Shown: positions 31,410-42,276, counted from the stretch's first letter. The stretch is DNA of 54,976 nt from an uncultured delta proteobacterium (GCA_963817385.1 CAWFOM010000019.1:1-54976); one strand, 5' to 3'. The notes: a model not told the origin generated them from the letters alone. Translations and numbers: made by a program.

Positions 31410-33176
31410 TCAATATTCCACAATTCTCCGGAGATGATAGGTTGCAGTGTACTCTTTGCTGAAAGTCTCTTCTTCAATGATTTCTTCGGGTGGAAGATTG
31501 TGTGGTTTGCTCTTGGTTGGGAGCTCGACCGGCACCGTGCCATCCATTGTGAGGGCCCACGGGTCGGTGCTTTGCGTTTCAAAACGAGCAACAATGTTGC
31601 CAACAACGCATGGCTCTACGACAGGTTCTTTCGTATTGCTTATTGGCTGCTGAGGACCGTTGCAGCCCCCGTTTCGTTCTCTGGTTTCCGATTTCTCTGT
31701 CACTGAGGCACACTTAACATCTTTGGTGAAGATGTCTGTCGATACGTGCCACGAAACGTCCTGGAAATATACAGAGAATTGTGCTCGTGCCGTACCATCC
31801 GCAGTCTGTGTCTTTTTGAAGCTTTCGGAATCAAAAATCTCAGATGTGCCACCACCTCGGCACCAGATGGGTTGAGTGTTCTTGGAGGATCGTACGTCCT
31901 TAACAGAATAGTGAACTACCGCTGAAAATCCGACCCAAGAAGCGGAAGAATCAGGATTTTGCTTGCCAGTTATGGTTGCGGCGAGCAAATAGTGATAGTC
32001 CGCATCAGATATCAGGCGACCATCGCCTTTCGCATTGGCATGACCGGTATGGCTCTTGTCGTCGATATGTCGGTTCCTGTCTTCCTTCTTTGTTAATGTA
32101 ACAGTACCAATCCAGAAATCTCGCTTGGGCTCCTTTTTTCGGCATATGTCTTTGGCCTGTGGAGTGAATACGCGCGAATCATGGTTCACTGCGAGATCAT
32201 CTCCCCCAATGCCCCTGATGGACATAGCCACGGAGTGCCTCATACAGTCGATATCGCATGAATCCACAGCATGAGAGTAAGTCTTCAGAAGGATCTTCGC
32301 CAGCGAATCGTTATATTTGTCCATGTTTGCCATGTTGCTTTCACCAAGACCGCCTACCTTCAACATCCAACTAAAACAAATATAAGATCGCTTGGCAAGG
32401 TCGTCGAACTCATCACAGGTCAGCGCACGCTTTTCAGCAGCCTGCATTTCCGGATAGACTTCTTTTTCAAACCACTCGGTAAGCGCTGCTTGAGCATCGG
32501 CACTACTCTTCTCTTGATCTCGACCATTTCGGATATCGTCAATTTCTCGGTACATGGCTTCTGTGAAGCGGGATTCTCCGGAATACTTGCTGTAGGAACT
32601 GAGAGTCCGGGTGTCTGCCGCGCTGCCCTGGCCCATGCCGTAGCCGCTGAAATGGATGATGTTGAACGCGATGGCTTTGGGGTTTTCAGTCAAAGGATAG
32701 AGGTGCAGCTTCTCGCCGGATCCCTCAAATGCAAAACTGATCTGCTCTTTAAGGAGAACGGGAGTTGAGGGTTCAATGAGCAGTGTTGCGCCATTGAACA
32801 GCACCAGTCCCTCCGGCTCAAGTGTGATGGCGGTACGGGTCTTCCCGCTCAGGGATAGGCCATCGATCTTGGACACAGGTGTCATGGTCACTTTGGTTTC
32901 TTCCAGAAGGGCTCCTTGTGGAAAGGTCAGTGTATAGCGGGTACCATCGGACGCTACCGCACCCATCTTGCCACCTCCGACAGGGATACTCTTGGAAACT
33001 GCCCGGCTGTTGTCGGGTCTTGCCACCACGTTGAAGGTTGGCGCCCCGGCAGCAAAGGCGGCGCTATCCTGGAGAACAGGAATCGGGAAGCAAGGTCCAC
33101 ATGGGTCTCTCTCGACATAGGAAATAGTCGGAGACAAAAGCAGGATCGCTGACAGAATGGCGAGAGATCGGGTCAT
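31410..33176 (-). CDS. exported hypothetical protein with N-terminal ZU5-like domain
   Basis: Signal peptide; GG...TLTFPQGALLEETKVTMTP...LEPEGLVLFNGATL...IIHFSGY; Cys-rich C-terminal part. Confidence 0.75.
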   Translation of the reverse strand: MTRSLAILSAILLLSPTISYVERDPCGPCFPIPVLQDSAAFAAGAPTFNVVARPDNSRAVSKSIPVGGGKMGAVASDGTRYTLTFPQGALLEETKVTMTPVSKIDGLSLSGKTRTAITLEPEGLVLFNGATLLIEPSTPVLLKEQISFAFEGSGEKLHLYPLTENPKAIAFNIIHFSGYGMGQGSAADTRTLSSYSKYSGESRFTEAMYREIDDIRNGRDQEKSSADAQAALTEWFEKEVYPEMQAAEKRALTCDEFDDLAKRSYICFSWMLKVGGLGESNMANMDKYNDSLAKILLKTYSHAVDSCDIDCMRHSVAMSIRGIGGDDLAVNHDSRVFTPQAKDICRKKEPKRDFWIGTVTLTKKEDRNRHIDDKSHTGHANAKGDGRLISDADYHYLLAATITGKQNPDSSASWVGFSAVVHYSVKDVRSSKNTQPIWCRGGGTSEIFDSESFKKTQTADGTARAQFSVYFQDVSWHVSTDIFTKDVKCASVTEKSETRERNGGCNGPQQPISNTKEPVVEPCVVGNIVARFETQSTDPWALTMDGTVPVELPTKSKPHNLPPEEIIEEETFSKEYTATYHLRRIVEY

Positions 33177-33529
33177 TGTTCACTCCGTTGCGACAGGTTA
33201 TGCAGTTCTTAAATACACATTCCTGAAGATGAGTCCCCCAACACCGTTCTCGGGAAAACGAATCGTGAAGTGTGCGATGAACCTTTCTCCCCAATGGAGA
33301 TCAGCATGGCTGGTCTTCAGGTGATTCTCAATTAAGTGCTCCTCAATCTTGAGCGGCGGATGCCCTTCTTGGGGGTCCTTCAGCGGCGTGCTATTTTTTG
33401 CGCGACCGCTGAAGTGGCTTGATGGAATAGTAATTTTCTATATAGCATTGTTCTCTTCATTGCGTCTTGTTGAGTCTAAAAGCTTTGCAACCTGCGTCAC
33501 AACGTCCCAAATTCACTGTTTTCTTGTTA

Positions 33530-34366
33530 TCACTGTTTGACCAATTCCACCCGTCGGTTCTTCGCCTTTCCGTCCTCTGTGTCGTTCGATGTGACGGGTG
33601 AAAGGGAGGCTACTCCATAGGGTTTCAAACGCGTTGCGGCTATCCCGTGTTTGTCGGAGAGGGTCTTTGCCACCGCCTCCGCGCGGTCTTTCGACAGCTT
33701 CATATTGGAATCGAAGGAACCCACGTTGTCCGTATGGCCGACAACATACAGTTTCAGTGCGCTGTTGTTCATAAGGAGCTTTGCGATCTCCGAGATAGCA
33801 GCAGCGGATTCGGGCTTTATCTCCGATTTCCCGGTGTCGAAGTGTATACCGTATATCGAAACGTGGCCAGTCGTGTTGATGTCGTTGCCCATCGCCTCGG
33901 CGTTGGCCACGACATCCTGTTTCATGATCTCCTTTTCCACTATCGACAGCCGGTACATGTTATTGTAGGACCTAACCTCGACCCACGTCTCTTTGCCTTC
34001 CTTTTGGAGTACGATAGTGGAGGTTTTGTTGAAGTTATCGTCGAAAACGACCTTTCCGCCGATCTTCTTTAAAGCTTCCTGGATGTTTCTGCGTATTTTC
34101 AATTCTCCGGGCTCCGCCGCACCCTTGTCCAGGCGATAGCCGATGTAGTACTTGTGGCCTTCGATGCTGACCGGCTTTTTGTCCCGGTCGATGAATTTAT
34201 GGCTGTCGAACTCGGTGTCTTTGTATTCCGATATGTAGAAGCTGGGCATCCTCGAAAGCAGGGGGTGGTCCTTGCTCCCTTTTACATCCTGATCGGCAGC
34301 CATAGAGAGATTGAAACCCGCCAGCACAGAAAACAAACTGAAGATCACTGCCATTACCTTTTTCAT
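33530..34366 (-). CDS. OmpA family protein
   Basis: AGGAGG RBS, signal peptide, GSKDHPLLSR N-domain, IHFDTGKS...VVGHTD...LSKDRAEAV...NRRVEL. Confidence 0.93.
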   Translation of the reverse strand: MKKVMAVIFSLFSVLAGFNLSMAADQDVKGSKDHPLLSRMPSFYISEYKDTEFDSHKFIDRDKKPVSIEGHKYYIGYRLDKGAAEPGELKIRRNIQEALKKIGGKVVFDDNFNKTSTIVLQKEGKETWVEVRSYNNMYRLSIVEKEIMKQDVVANAEAMGNDINTTGHVSIYGIHFDTGKSEIKPESAAAISEIAKLLMNNSALKLYVVGHTDNVGSFDSNMKLSKDRAEAVAKTLSDKHGIAATRLKPYGVASLSPVTSNDTEDGKAKNRRVELVKQ

Positions 34367-34554
34367 TTTACCTCCTAGCTTTTATTAATTTTCCATTTTG
34401 GTGCCAACAATGGTTGTATGGCTCGGTATAAAACTCCAAACACCGTAATCTTGCCATATAAGACGTGGTGTGGTGCTTTTATCACGGCGTCTTATATGGA
34501 TCTGCATAAGACCCTCTATGATCTCCTGATCAGCAATAAAAAAACCCCGCTTTT

Positions 34555-34977
34555 TCATAAGAAGACGTGCCCAAAGGGGCTCGTCACGCTGATGGCCGTC
34601 TGTGTGCTTTTGTTGGTGAATCGGCCGATGCCCGAAGCCAGGTCCATCTCGGTCAGGTCCGCTTCGATGGTGATGAATTGGATCTGGGTGCTGTTGCCGA
34701 TCCTGATCCAGCTCCCGTTGGGAACGATCAGATCTGCCTTCCCGGTCTCCCCGGAAAAGAACGTGTCTTCAGCTCGTAAGGGTGCGTCCCTGACCACAGC
34801 CACCCGGTCATTCGTGTCGGGGACATAGCGGAGCAGTGCCCCCTCGACAGTAAATATGCGGCCTACCACCACGGGGGGAATCTCTTCGGCCGGAGATGGC
34901 GGAACCAATGTGACCACTGCGGAAAACAGCCCTGCGAGCAAGCCTATCATCCAGTTTGTGCGCTTCATCGGCAACAT
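34555..34977 (-). pseudogene. truncated FecR-like exported protein
   Basis: Signal peptide, GRIFTVEG...APL...GKADLIVPNGSWIRIGNSTQIQF...VTSPFG then stops mid-domain. Confidence 0.55.
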
Positions 34978-35276
34978 ATTCGCTTCACCCCTTTCCATCC
35001 GGTATCGGTCATGAGAGGGCCGGTATCCTGTCAGGTCCCGATCTCAGTCCACTCTGCGGTACGTTCATCCATCGATATACGAAACAGGCCAACGGACGTT
35101 GACGGTTTGTTTATGATTTATCGGCGGGCAAGACCTCTCTTCGGAGCGGTGAGACAGGGGTTTTCGGATCCGGCAGGGGGCGTTCCGGAAAACGATCTGC
35201 GCCTCCTGGTTGGTAAACAGCCCCAGGCGGTTGACCGGGAGCGGCACCCGCAAGACCCGCCCTGTGGGTGGGAGCT

Positions 35277-36416
35277 TCACTTTGCGTCCGGCTGGATCAT
35301 GACCGCCAGGTTATCCCGGTGGATCACCTCGTCGTAGTCCTTGTAGCCGAGGACCTGCTCGATCTTCGCGGTCTTGAGCCCCATGATCTTCCGGATTTCA
35401 TCGGCGCCGTAATTGACCAGCCCTTTGGCGATCGGATTTCCCGATGCGTCTACACAGGTCACCGGGTCCCCGAGAACGAAATTGCCCTCGACCGCTGTCA
35501 CCCCGGAGGGAAGAAGGCTCTTCCCCTCCTCCACGATTGCCGCCCGCGCCCCTGCGTCGATGACGAGGCGTCCCCTTGCCCTCAGGGTGAAGGCGATCCA
35601 GTGTTTCCGGCTATTGAGATGGTCCGCCATCGGAAGGAAAAGGGTGCCCTCCTCCTTACCGTCCATGATCTCCTGGAGGATGCCCTGGCGGCGGCCGGGG
35701 GCGATGATGTACGGGATGCCGAAAGCGGTGACCTTCTTTGCGGCGAGGACTTTGCTTTTCATGCCGCCCATCCCGACGGAGGTGGCCTCGTCGGTTGCAG
35801 CGGCCTCGATCTCCGGGGTGAGTTCAGTGACGAGAGGGATGAGCTTCGCTTTTTTGGAGTCGGCCGGGTTATGATCGTAGAGCCCCTCGGTGCTGGTCAG
35901 GTTGATGACGAGATGCGCCTCGACGATGTTGGCGACCATGGCGGCGAGCTGGTCGTTGTCGCCGAATTTGATCTCGTCGACCGCCACGGTGTCGTTCTCG
36001 TTGATGATCGTGATGACCCCCCACTCCAGCAGGGTGAAGAGGGTGTTGCGGATGTTCAGGAAACGTTTCCGGTCGGTGATATCGCTCATCGTCAGGAGGA
36101 CCTGGCCGACGAAGAGGCCGTGTTTCCCGAAGGCGTTGGAGTAGACCCGCATCAGACGGCCCTGTCCGACCGCTGCCGCCGCCTGCTTCTGGGGGATGCT
36201 CTTGAGCTTCCCCGGGATACCCAGCCGATGCTTTCCGGAGGCGATGGCGCCGGAGCTGACCAGGACGACCTGATAGCCACGCTCCCGGAGGGCCGATATG
36301 TCATCGACGAGCTGTTCGATGATCTGGAGGTCGAGACCGTCATCGCTCGTCAGGACCGCGCTTCCGACCTTGACGAGGATCTTCCGGACATTCGCGAGCG
36401 TCTCTTTTCGTATCAT
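35277..36416 (-). CDS. proB: glutamate 5-kinase
   Basis: VKVGSAVL, VSSGAIA, INENDTVA, FGDNDQLAA, GGMKSK, PUA domain. Confidence 0.98.
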   Translation of the reverse strand: MIRKETLANVRKILVKVGSAVLTSDDGLDLQIIEQLVDDISALRERGYQVVLVSSGAIASGKHRLGIPGKLKSIPQKQAAAAVGQGRLMRVYSNAFGKHGLFVGQVLLTMSDITDRKRFLNIRNTLFTLLEWGVITIINENDTVAVDEIKFGDNDQLAAMVANIVEAHLVINLTSTEGLYDHNPADSKKAKLIPLVTELTPEIEAAATDEATSVGMGGMKSKVLAAKKVTAFGIPYIIAPGRRQGILQEIMDGKEEGTLFLPMADHLNSRKHWIAFTLRARGRLVIDAGARAAIVEEGKSLLPSGVTAVEGNFVLGDPVTCVDASGNPIAKGLVNYGADEIRKIMGLKTAKIEQVLGYKDYDEVIHRDNLAVMIQPDAK

Positions 36417-37468
36417 GAGGGGATCTCCTCCGGCAGGCTTACCCCGCTTCCTTCATCCGTCGGGGGGAGATGCGGGGGGATCAGGGTGATGAGCTCCCGG
36501 AGCACTTCCGGAACACCTTCGCCGGTCGCTGCAGAAAAGGCATGTAATGCTATCCCCTTTCGTGCAAATGTGTCAATATCCTTTTTCATTCTCTCCCGGG
36601 TCACGGGGAGGTCGAGTTTGCCGATTGCCACGACCTGCTGTTTTTTGAGCATGTCGGGGCTGAATAGTTCCAGCTCCCGATTGATCAGTTCGTAGTCATG
36701 CCAGGCAGACTGGTAGGATTCCGTCGAGATGTCGATGATATGGAGAAGGACAGTGGTTCTTTCGACGTGGCGGAGGAACTGCATGCCCATCCCCAGTCCT
36801 TCGTGTGCCCCCTCGATCAGTCCCGGGATGTCGGCGATGACGAACGATTCATGATCCCCGTACTGGACCACGCCCAAATGGGGGACGAGCGTCGTGAAGG
36901 GATAATCGGCGATCTTGGGTCGGGCGGCCGACACCCGGGAGATGAAGGTCGATTTTCCGACGTTCGGAAGGCCGATAATTCCCACATCCGCCAGAAGTTT
37001 GAGCTCCAGGGTGATCCACCTCTCCTCGCCGGGGATGCCGGGTTGGGCGAAGCGGGGGACCTGGCGGGTAGCCGTGGCAAATCTCGCATTTCCCCGGCCG
37101 CCCATGCCGCCCTTCGCGACGATGAAGACGGTTCCGTCGGCGGTAAGGTCGGTCAGGATTTCTCCGGTCGACGCATCCCGGACGACCGTGCCTACCGGAA
37201 CGACGATCTCCACATCCGCGGAGTCGCGTCCGGTCCGTTTGCTCCCTTCGCCGTGACCACCGTGTTTCGCCACGTGGTGCTGACGGTATTTGAGGTCAAG
37301 GAGAGTCCTCCTACTCAGGGAGGCGCGGATGACGACGTCCCCCCCGTGGCCGCCGTCGCCGCCGTCGGGCCCCCCGCGGGGGACGAACTTCTCCCGCCGG
37401 AAGCTGACACAGCCCCGTCCACCGTCGCCCGCTTTGACGTAGATCTTTGCTTCATCGATGAATTTCAT
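36413..37468 (-). CDS. obgE: GTPase ObgE
   Basis: MKFIDEAKIYVKAGDGGRGCVSFRREK, GLPNVGKST, YPFTTL, DIPGLIEGA. Confidence 0.98.
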   Translation of the reverse strand: MKFIDEAKIYVKAGDGGRGCVSFRREKFVPRGGPDGGDGGHGGDVVIRASLSRRTLLDLKYRQHHVAKHGGHGEGSKRTGRDSADVEIVVPVGTVVRDASTGEILTDLTADGTVFIVAKGGMGGRGNARFATATRQVPRFAQPGIPGEERWITLELKLLADVGIIGLPNVGKSTFISRVSAARPKIADYPFTTLVPHLGVVQYGDHESFVIADIPGLIEGAHEGLGMGMQFLRHVERTTVLLHIIDISTESYQSAWHDYELINRELELFSPDMLKKQQVVAIGKLDLPVTRERMKKDIDTFARKGIALHAFSAATGEGVPEVLRELITLIPPHLPPTDEGSGVSLPEEIPS

Positions 37469-37534
37469 GCCGGTTGCTTGTGCCTGTTTCCGCAGAGGTG
37501 CGGGTGGAAGACTCCTGAATCCGCCAGTGAGCAA

Positions 37535-37635
37535 ATTCTCCGCGGCTTGCCGCGGGGAATGCGAGCAAAATAAGACGGTTTGTTCCTCTTAAGGATCGAA
37601 GATTCTCCGCAGCTTGCTCAAGGAGATCTTCAATC
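37535..37635. repeat. paired REP-like palindromes
   Basis: ATTCTCCGCGGC-TT-GCCGCGGGGAAT and GAAGATTCTCCGCAGC-TT-GCTCAAGGAGATCTTC. Confidence 0.75.
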
Positions 37636-37799
37636 GGATTGCTCCGGAGAAGGTGAGGAGATGCGCGATTCTCCGGCGAGGCTGAAAAACGGGCTGCTTG
37701 CAGCGTCGAATACACTTCCGCTCGCCAATAACTTAGGTGACGTTGGGTGAACAGGCATCAATAGGGGATAATTGCTCTGTCCCGGCTGGATCCGGTACG

Positions 37800-38015
37800 C
37801 TAGATCTTGCGTACATCCACGGCGGCCTGGCCTTTCTGGTCCTGGGTGATTGCGAAATCGACACGGTCCCCTTCGGTCAGGCTGCGGAATCCCTCCGCGA
37901 CGATGGAGCTGTGATGGATAAATACATCATCTCCCGAGTCCCGGGAGATGAAACCGTAACCCTTCTTGTCGTTAAACCACTTGACAACTCCGGTTTCGCG
38001 TCCGTTCTCACCCAT
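37800..38015 (-). CDS. cold-shock protein
   Basis: GVVKWFNDKKGYGFI, DVFIHHS, GFRSL. Confidence 0.97.
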   Translation of the reverse strand: MGENGRETGVVKWFNDKKGYGFISRDSGDDVFIHHSSIVAEGFRSLTEGDRVDFAITQDQKGQAAVDVRKI

Positions 38016-38051
38016 TTTCCCGCTCTCCTCATCTTTTATAAGAAAAGATAC

Positions 38052-38309
38052 CTACGCTGCGGCGTAGACGCTGACCTTCTTCCGCTTCTTGTCGAGTCTC
38101 TCGAACTTCACGGTGCCGTCGATCTTCGAAAAAATGGTATAATCCTTACCCAGCCCGACGTTATTTCCGGGATGAAATACGGTTCCGACCTGACGAACAA
38201 TGATGGATCCCGCGGTGATCTTCTCGCCGCCGTACGCCTTGACGCCCCGCCGCTGGGAGTTGCTGTCTCGTCCATTCCGGGAGCTTCCCTGTCCCTTCTT
38301 GTGTGCCAT
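38052..38309 (-). CDS. rpmA: 50S ribosomal protein L27
   Basis: [16 protein letters not shown]...IIVRQ...GKDYTIF. Confidence 0.99.
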   Translation of the reverse strand: MAHKKGQGSSRNGRDSNSQRRGVKAYGGEKITAGSIIVRQVGTVFHPGNNVGLGKDYTIFSKIDGTVKFERLDKKRKKVSVYAAA

Positions 38310-38321
38310 AATGCCCTCCGC

Positions 38322-38633
38322 TTAAATGGATATTTCCTTGATCTTCATACTGGTCAACTGCTGGCGGTGCCCATTCTTCTTGTGATAACCCTTACGCTTT
38401 TTCATCTTGAACACGATGAGCTTGGCGGCCTTCGTCTGGGCGAGGATCTCGCCGACCACTCTCGCGCCTTCCAGTATGGGCCTTCCAATCCGGATGTCGC
38501 CTTCTTTCTCGACCATCAGGACCTGGTCGAAGACGACCGCGTCGCCCTTTTCGCCGTTGATCTTTTCGATGGCGATCACGTCTCCTTCGGAGACCCGGTG
38601 CTGTTTACCGCCTGTTTTTATTACTGCATACAT
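38322..38633 (-). CDS. rplU: 50S ribosomal protein L21
   Basis: [14 protein letters not shown]...GHRQ. Confidence 0.99.
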   Translation of the reverse strand: MYAVIKTGGKQHRVSEGDVIAIEKINGEKGDAVVFDQVLMVEKEGDIRIGRPILEGARVVGEILAQTKAAKLIVFKMKKRKGYHKKNGHRQQLTSMKIKEISI

Positions 38634-38668
38634 AGCTTATATCCTTCTCGAAAAATTTTTGACTTTGC

Positions 38669-38698
38669 ACCATACCGAAAACAGATACCGTTTGTCAA
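38669..38698 (-). promoter_or_regulatory. putative sigma70 promoter of rplU-rpmA
   Basis: TTGACA-18 nt-TATGGT. Confidence 0.55.
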
Positions 38699-38704
38699 TA
38701 AAAT

Positions 38705-41251
38705 TTATGACGCCACCGGGAAAAATATCTCCCGATCGGCCTCTCCGGCAAAATCGGCCAGGCGAGTTCCGGTCTTCACGATCCGTATTCGGTGGAGAGT
38801 TTCTTTAGAAAGCCCGAGGACGCTGGTTATCAGTTCGGCGGGCCGGATTGTCCCGTCTGGACCGATTCGCGCGGTAAGTGCTATCCGTCGGGAGGCCCGG
38901 TCCAGACCCAAGGTCAGGACGAAGGGGCGTATTTCCTTGAGCATCGGTTTCCCCTTCACTGGTTCGGGTGACGGCAAAACTCTCCGCGTTTCGAAAGGCT
39001 CGAATGCCGGCATTGATCGAGTCGAGTTCCTCCTCGGCGAGCTCTTCCGGCAGGATGAGGTCATAATCGAACCCCGTGACCAGTTCCGCCAGGGAGAAGG
39101 TGCGCGGAGGAAGTTCACGCATCGCCGTGATCACCATACCCGACGGCAGTGCTCTGTTGATCCGATCCGCAAGGCAAGCGAGATTCTCCCGTGGGTCCTG
39201 AATCCGGATATCCGCAAATTCACCCTCGCTTTCCATGCCGACTGCGGTGGCGCCGGCGAAGGAGATCTTCGGGTGGGGATGGAATCCCTGGGAATAGACG
39301 AACGAGATCCCCCCAACGATCATCGCCCGCGTGAGAGCGGAAGAGAGCTCCATATGGGAGAGAAACCGCGCCGAACCCAGCTTCGTGAAGCGCAGACGGT
39401 AGGCCTTCTCCACCCCGCTACCGTCTCCCCGGTCGGTGATCGGGTGGAGACGGCCGTCCCCACGGGAGAGTCCGCAGGTGCGGTGACGACGCGGACGATA
39501 CGGTGATCGCAGACGCCGCACTGGCTGCACGCACCCGTACGACAGTCCGGCGTCGATTCACCTTTTTGAGCCCGGAGAGCCTCGGTGAGGAGGAATTCCC
39601 GGCTGACGCCGGTGTCGATCCTCTCCCAGGGGAAGAGCTCGGCCGGGGAACGCTCCCGCAGAGAGGCGATGCGGTCGATTCCCGTCCGGCGGAGCGCCTC
39701 TTCCCAGATCTCGAAGCGGAAGCAGTCGCTCCAGCCATCGAAGCGGCAGCCGAGGCGGAAGGCAGTTTCGATCAGCGCCCCGGTCTCCTCCCCGCCGCGG
39801 GAAAGGATCCCCTCGAGGAGACTCATCCGGGCGTCGTGCCATTTGACGCTGATGTTCCGGTTCTTCAGGCGCTGTCGGAAAAAATCCTGACGGGTGGCGG
39901 TCTCCTCGATGCCGATCTGGCGCTGCCACTGGAAAGGGGTATGGGGCTTCGGGATGAAGGTCGAAAGGCTGACCGTGACCTGTCCCCGGTTTTGCGCCGT
40001 CCGGAGCGCCTTATGGGCCATCTCGGCGATTCCCTCCAGATCCTCTTCCCGTTCGCCGGGAAGGCCGAGCATGAAGTAGAGCTTTACCGCCTTCCATCCG
40101 GCCGCAAAGACGCGCCCCGTCGTGGCGAGGAGTTCTTCCTCGGTGTTTCCCTTGTTGATGACGTCGCGGAGGCGCTGCGTACCCGCCTCGGGGGCCAGGG
40201 TGAAGCTTGTCTTTCGGACGCGCCGGATCCCCTCGATCAGCGTCGGGGTCAGGGTCTCGGCGCGGAGCGACGGGAGCGCGAGAGCGACACGCCTGGCATA
40301 ATAGCGGTCCATGAGTGTCTTGAGAAGGGGTTCGATCAGCGTATAGTCCCCGGAACTCAGGGAGAGGAGGGATATCTCGTCGTGCCCCGTCGCCCGGAGC
40401 ATCGCCTCGGCCATCTCCTCGAGGACGGCCGGAGTCCGTTCGCGTACCGGCCGCCAGACCATTCCCGCCTGGCAGAACCGGCAGCCCCGGGTGCATCCCC
40501 GGGCGATTTCCAGCGTCACCCGGTCGTGGATCGTCTTCATCAGGGGGACGACAGGGCAGAGAGGGAGACGCCAGGCATCCAGATCGGTGATGACCCGTTT
40601 CCGGATTCGTTCGCTGCCGGTATGGATGGCCGGAACGTAGACGCCGCTTATCCCGGCCAGGGCCTCGATCTGCTCGCGTCGCTTTCCGCCGCGGGACCGG
40701 ATGGCCATGACGGCGGCGGCAATCTCTCCGACAACCTCCTCCCCTTCGCCGATGACGAAGGCGTCGATGAACGCGCTCATGGGGGCGGGGTTGAAGGCGG
40801 AGGGTCCGCCTGCAATAATTAATGGGTCGTCCTCGGTACGTTTTTCCCGATGGAGCGGGATCCCTCCCAGTTCGAGCATCATCAGAACGTTCGTGTAAGA
40901 GAGCTCGTACTGGAGGGAGAATCCGACGATATCGAAGGCGGACAACGGCCGCTGCGACTCCAGAGAGCAGAGGGGGAGACGGCGTCTGCGGAGCTGGGCC
41001 TCCATATCGGGCCAGGGGGCGTAGCAGCGTTCGCAGAGCACCTCCGGCAAACCGTTCAGAACGGAGTAGAGGATCTGGAGGCCGAGGTGGGACATCCCGA
41101 CCTCATAGGCGTCGGGGAAGGCGAGGGCGAAGCGGAGGCGGCTGGTCCCGTCCTCCTTCCGGACGGCGTTCATCTCGCCGCCGGTGTAGCGGCTCGGCTT
41201 CTCGACGGCGAGGAAAAGCTCGTCGGAGTGCAGTCTTGTCAAGTCAGTCAT
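38705..41251 (-). CDS. B12-binding radical SAM protein (TIGR03960-like) fused to radical-SAM-linked DUF2344 domain; two apparent frameshifts (near 39412 and 38960)
   Basis: VEKPSRYTGGEMN, FPDAYEVGMSHLG, RGCTRGCRFCQAG, PDCRTGACSQCGVC; then ARFLSHMEL...SQGFHPHPKISF. Confidence 0.92.
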
Positions 41252-41460
41252 GATGATGTCTCTTTCAGGATGTTCCGGTAACCGAAGGGATTCTTCTCGA
41301 TATTCCGGTATGCGATATCATTTCCGGATACCCCTTTATCATCTTTACTCTTGACCTGCAATGTCGTTCCTCTTATATATCGCCCTTCAACAAGGGAACG
41401 GGTGAGTTCTCTCCGGTCCGGGGGATTCCCAAAAAGGAACGAGGAGATCTGCAGGGTGCC

Positions 41461-42276
41461 ATGCCGAACGAAACGTTCATCCACCTCTGCCAGCCGGGTG
41501 ACGGCAAGTCCTGCGGGGCGTGCTGTGGCATCTATAACTATGTCGACAGCTCCCGGGAGGCGATCGCGGCTCGATTGCGCCGGCGTACGGAGCGGTTTCA
41601 CCACGATGTCCGGGCGGCGGAAGACCTGACGACTTTCTCCCGGACGATCCGTGAAGCGGAGGATCAGCGGCGGCGCTTCGAGGTCATCTACTGCTGTGAA
41701 TATGCGGGTTTTCTCGATCGCGAAGAGCGGCGTGTCGGATGTCTCCTCCACCCCACCCAAAACGGCGGGATCGACCGGCGAGAGGTCTCCTTCTACGGCC
41801 GCGAACTCTGCGACGGCCACCTCTGTCCCAGCCACCACTTCCTCAGTCGGACGGAACAACTGACCCTCATCGATCTTTTGGATGACTGGTATCTTTACGG
41901 CCTGTGCATCACCGACATCGATCTGGTCAAGGATTATTTCCGCCACATCGGCGACCGCCTCGGGGAGGCGCCTGCCCCGGAGAGGTTCCGGAATCGGACC
42001 GTCCGGGCGATCGCCCGCCGGTTCTTTGCCTTCAAGCTCACCTGGCCCTTCCGTTCGCGCGGGGATAACCGCTTCGGCCGGTTCTATTTTGACGGCGCCC
42101 AGCACATGATCCGTCCCATCGATTACGCCGCCCTCGGCTGCGAACGCTCCCGGTATGATGGGATCTTCCTCAGCCTCTCCTCGGTGTTCGGGAACCGCCG
42201 CGAGCTTGATCAGGCGGAAGAGATGATCCGGGAGAACATCGAGGCGCTGGTCGCCGCCTGTGATGGCCCGTTCTGA
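41461..42276 (+). CDS. Cys-rich hypothetical protein, possible metal/Fe-S binding
   Basis: CQPGDGKSCGACCG, YCCEYAGFL, VGCLLHP, LCDGHLCPSH; GAGGAG RBS. Confidence 0.8.
   Translation: MPNETFIHLCQPGDGKSCGACCGIYNYVDSSREAIAARLRRRTERFHHDVRAAEDLTTFSRTIREAEDQRRRFEVIYCCEYAGFLDREERRVGCLLHPTQNGGIDRREVSFYGRELCDGHLCPSHHFLSRTEQLTLIDLLDDWYLYGLCITDIDLVKDYFRHIGDRLGEAPAPERFRNRTVRAIARRFFAFKLTWPFRSRGDNRFGRFYFDGAQHMIRPIDYAALGCERSRYDGIFLSLSSVFGNRRELDQAEEMIRENIEALVAACDGPF

Noticed and set aside
34390..34410. sigma54 promoter upstream of the OmpA gene (a similar TGGCAC occurs near 6700)
   Set aside because: TGGCAC is present but the -12 GC dinucleotide is missing at the required spacing.
37737..39506. 589 aa plus-strand ORF
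   Set aside because: Lies opposite csp, rpmA, rplU and DUF2344, all confidently assigned; no domain features.
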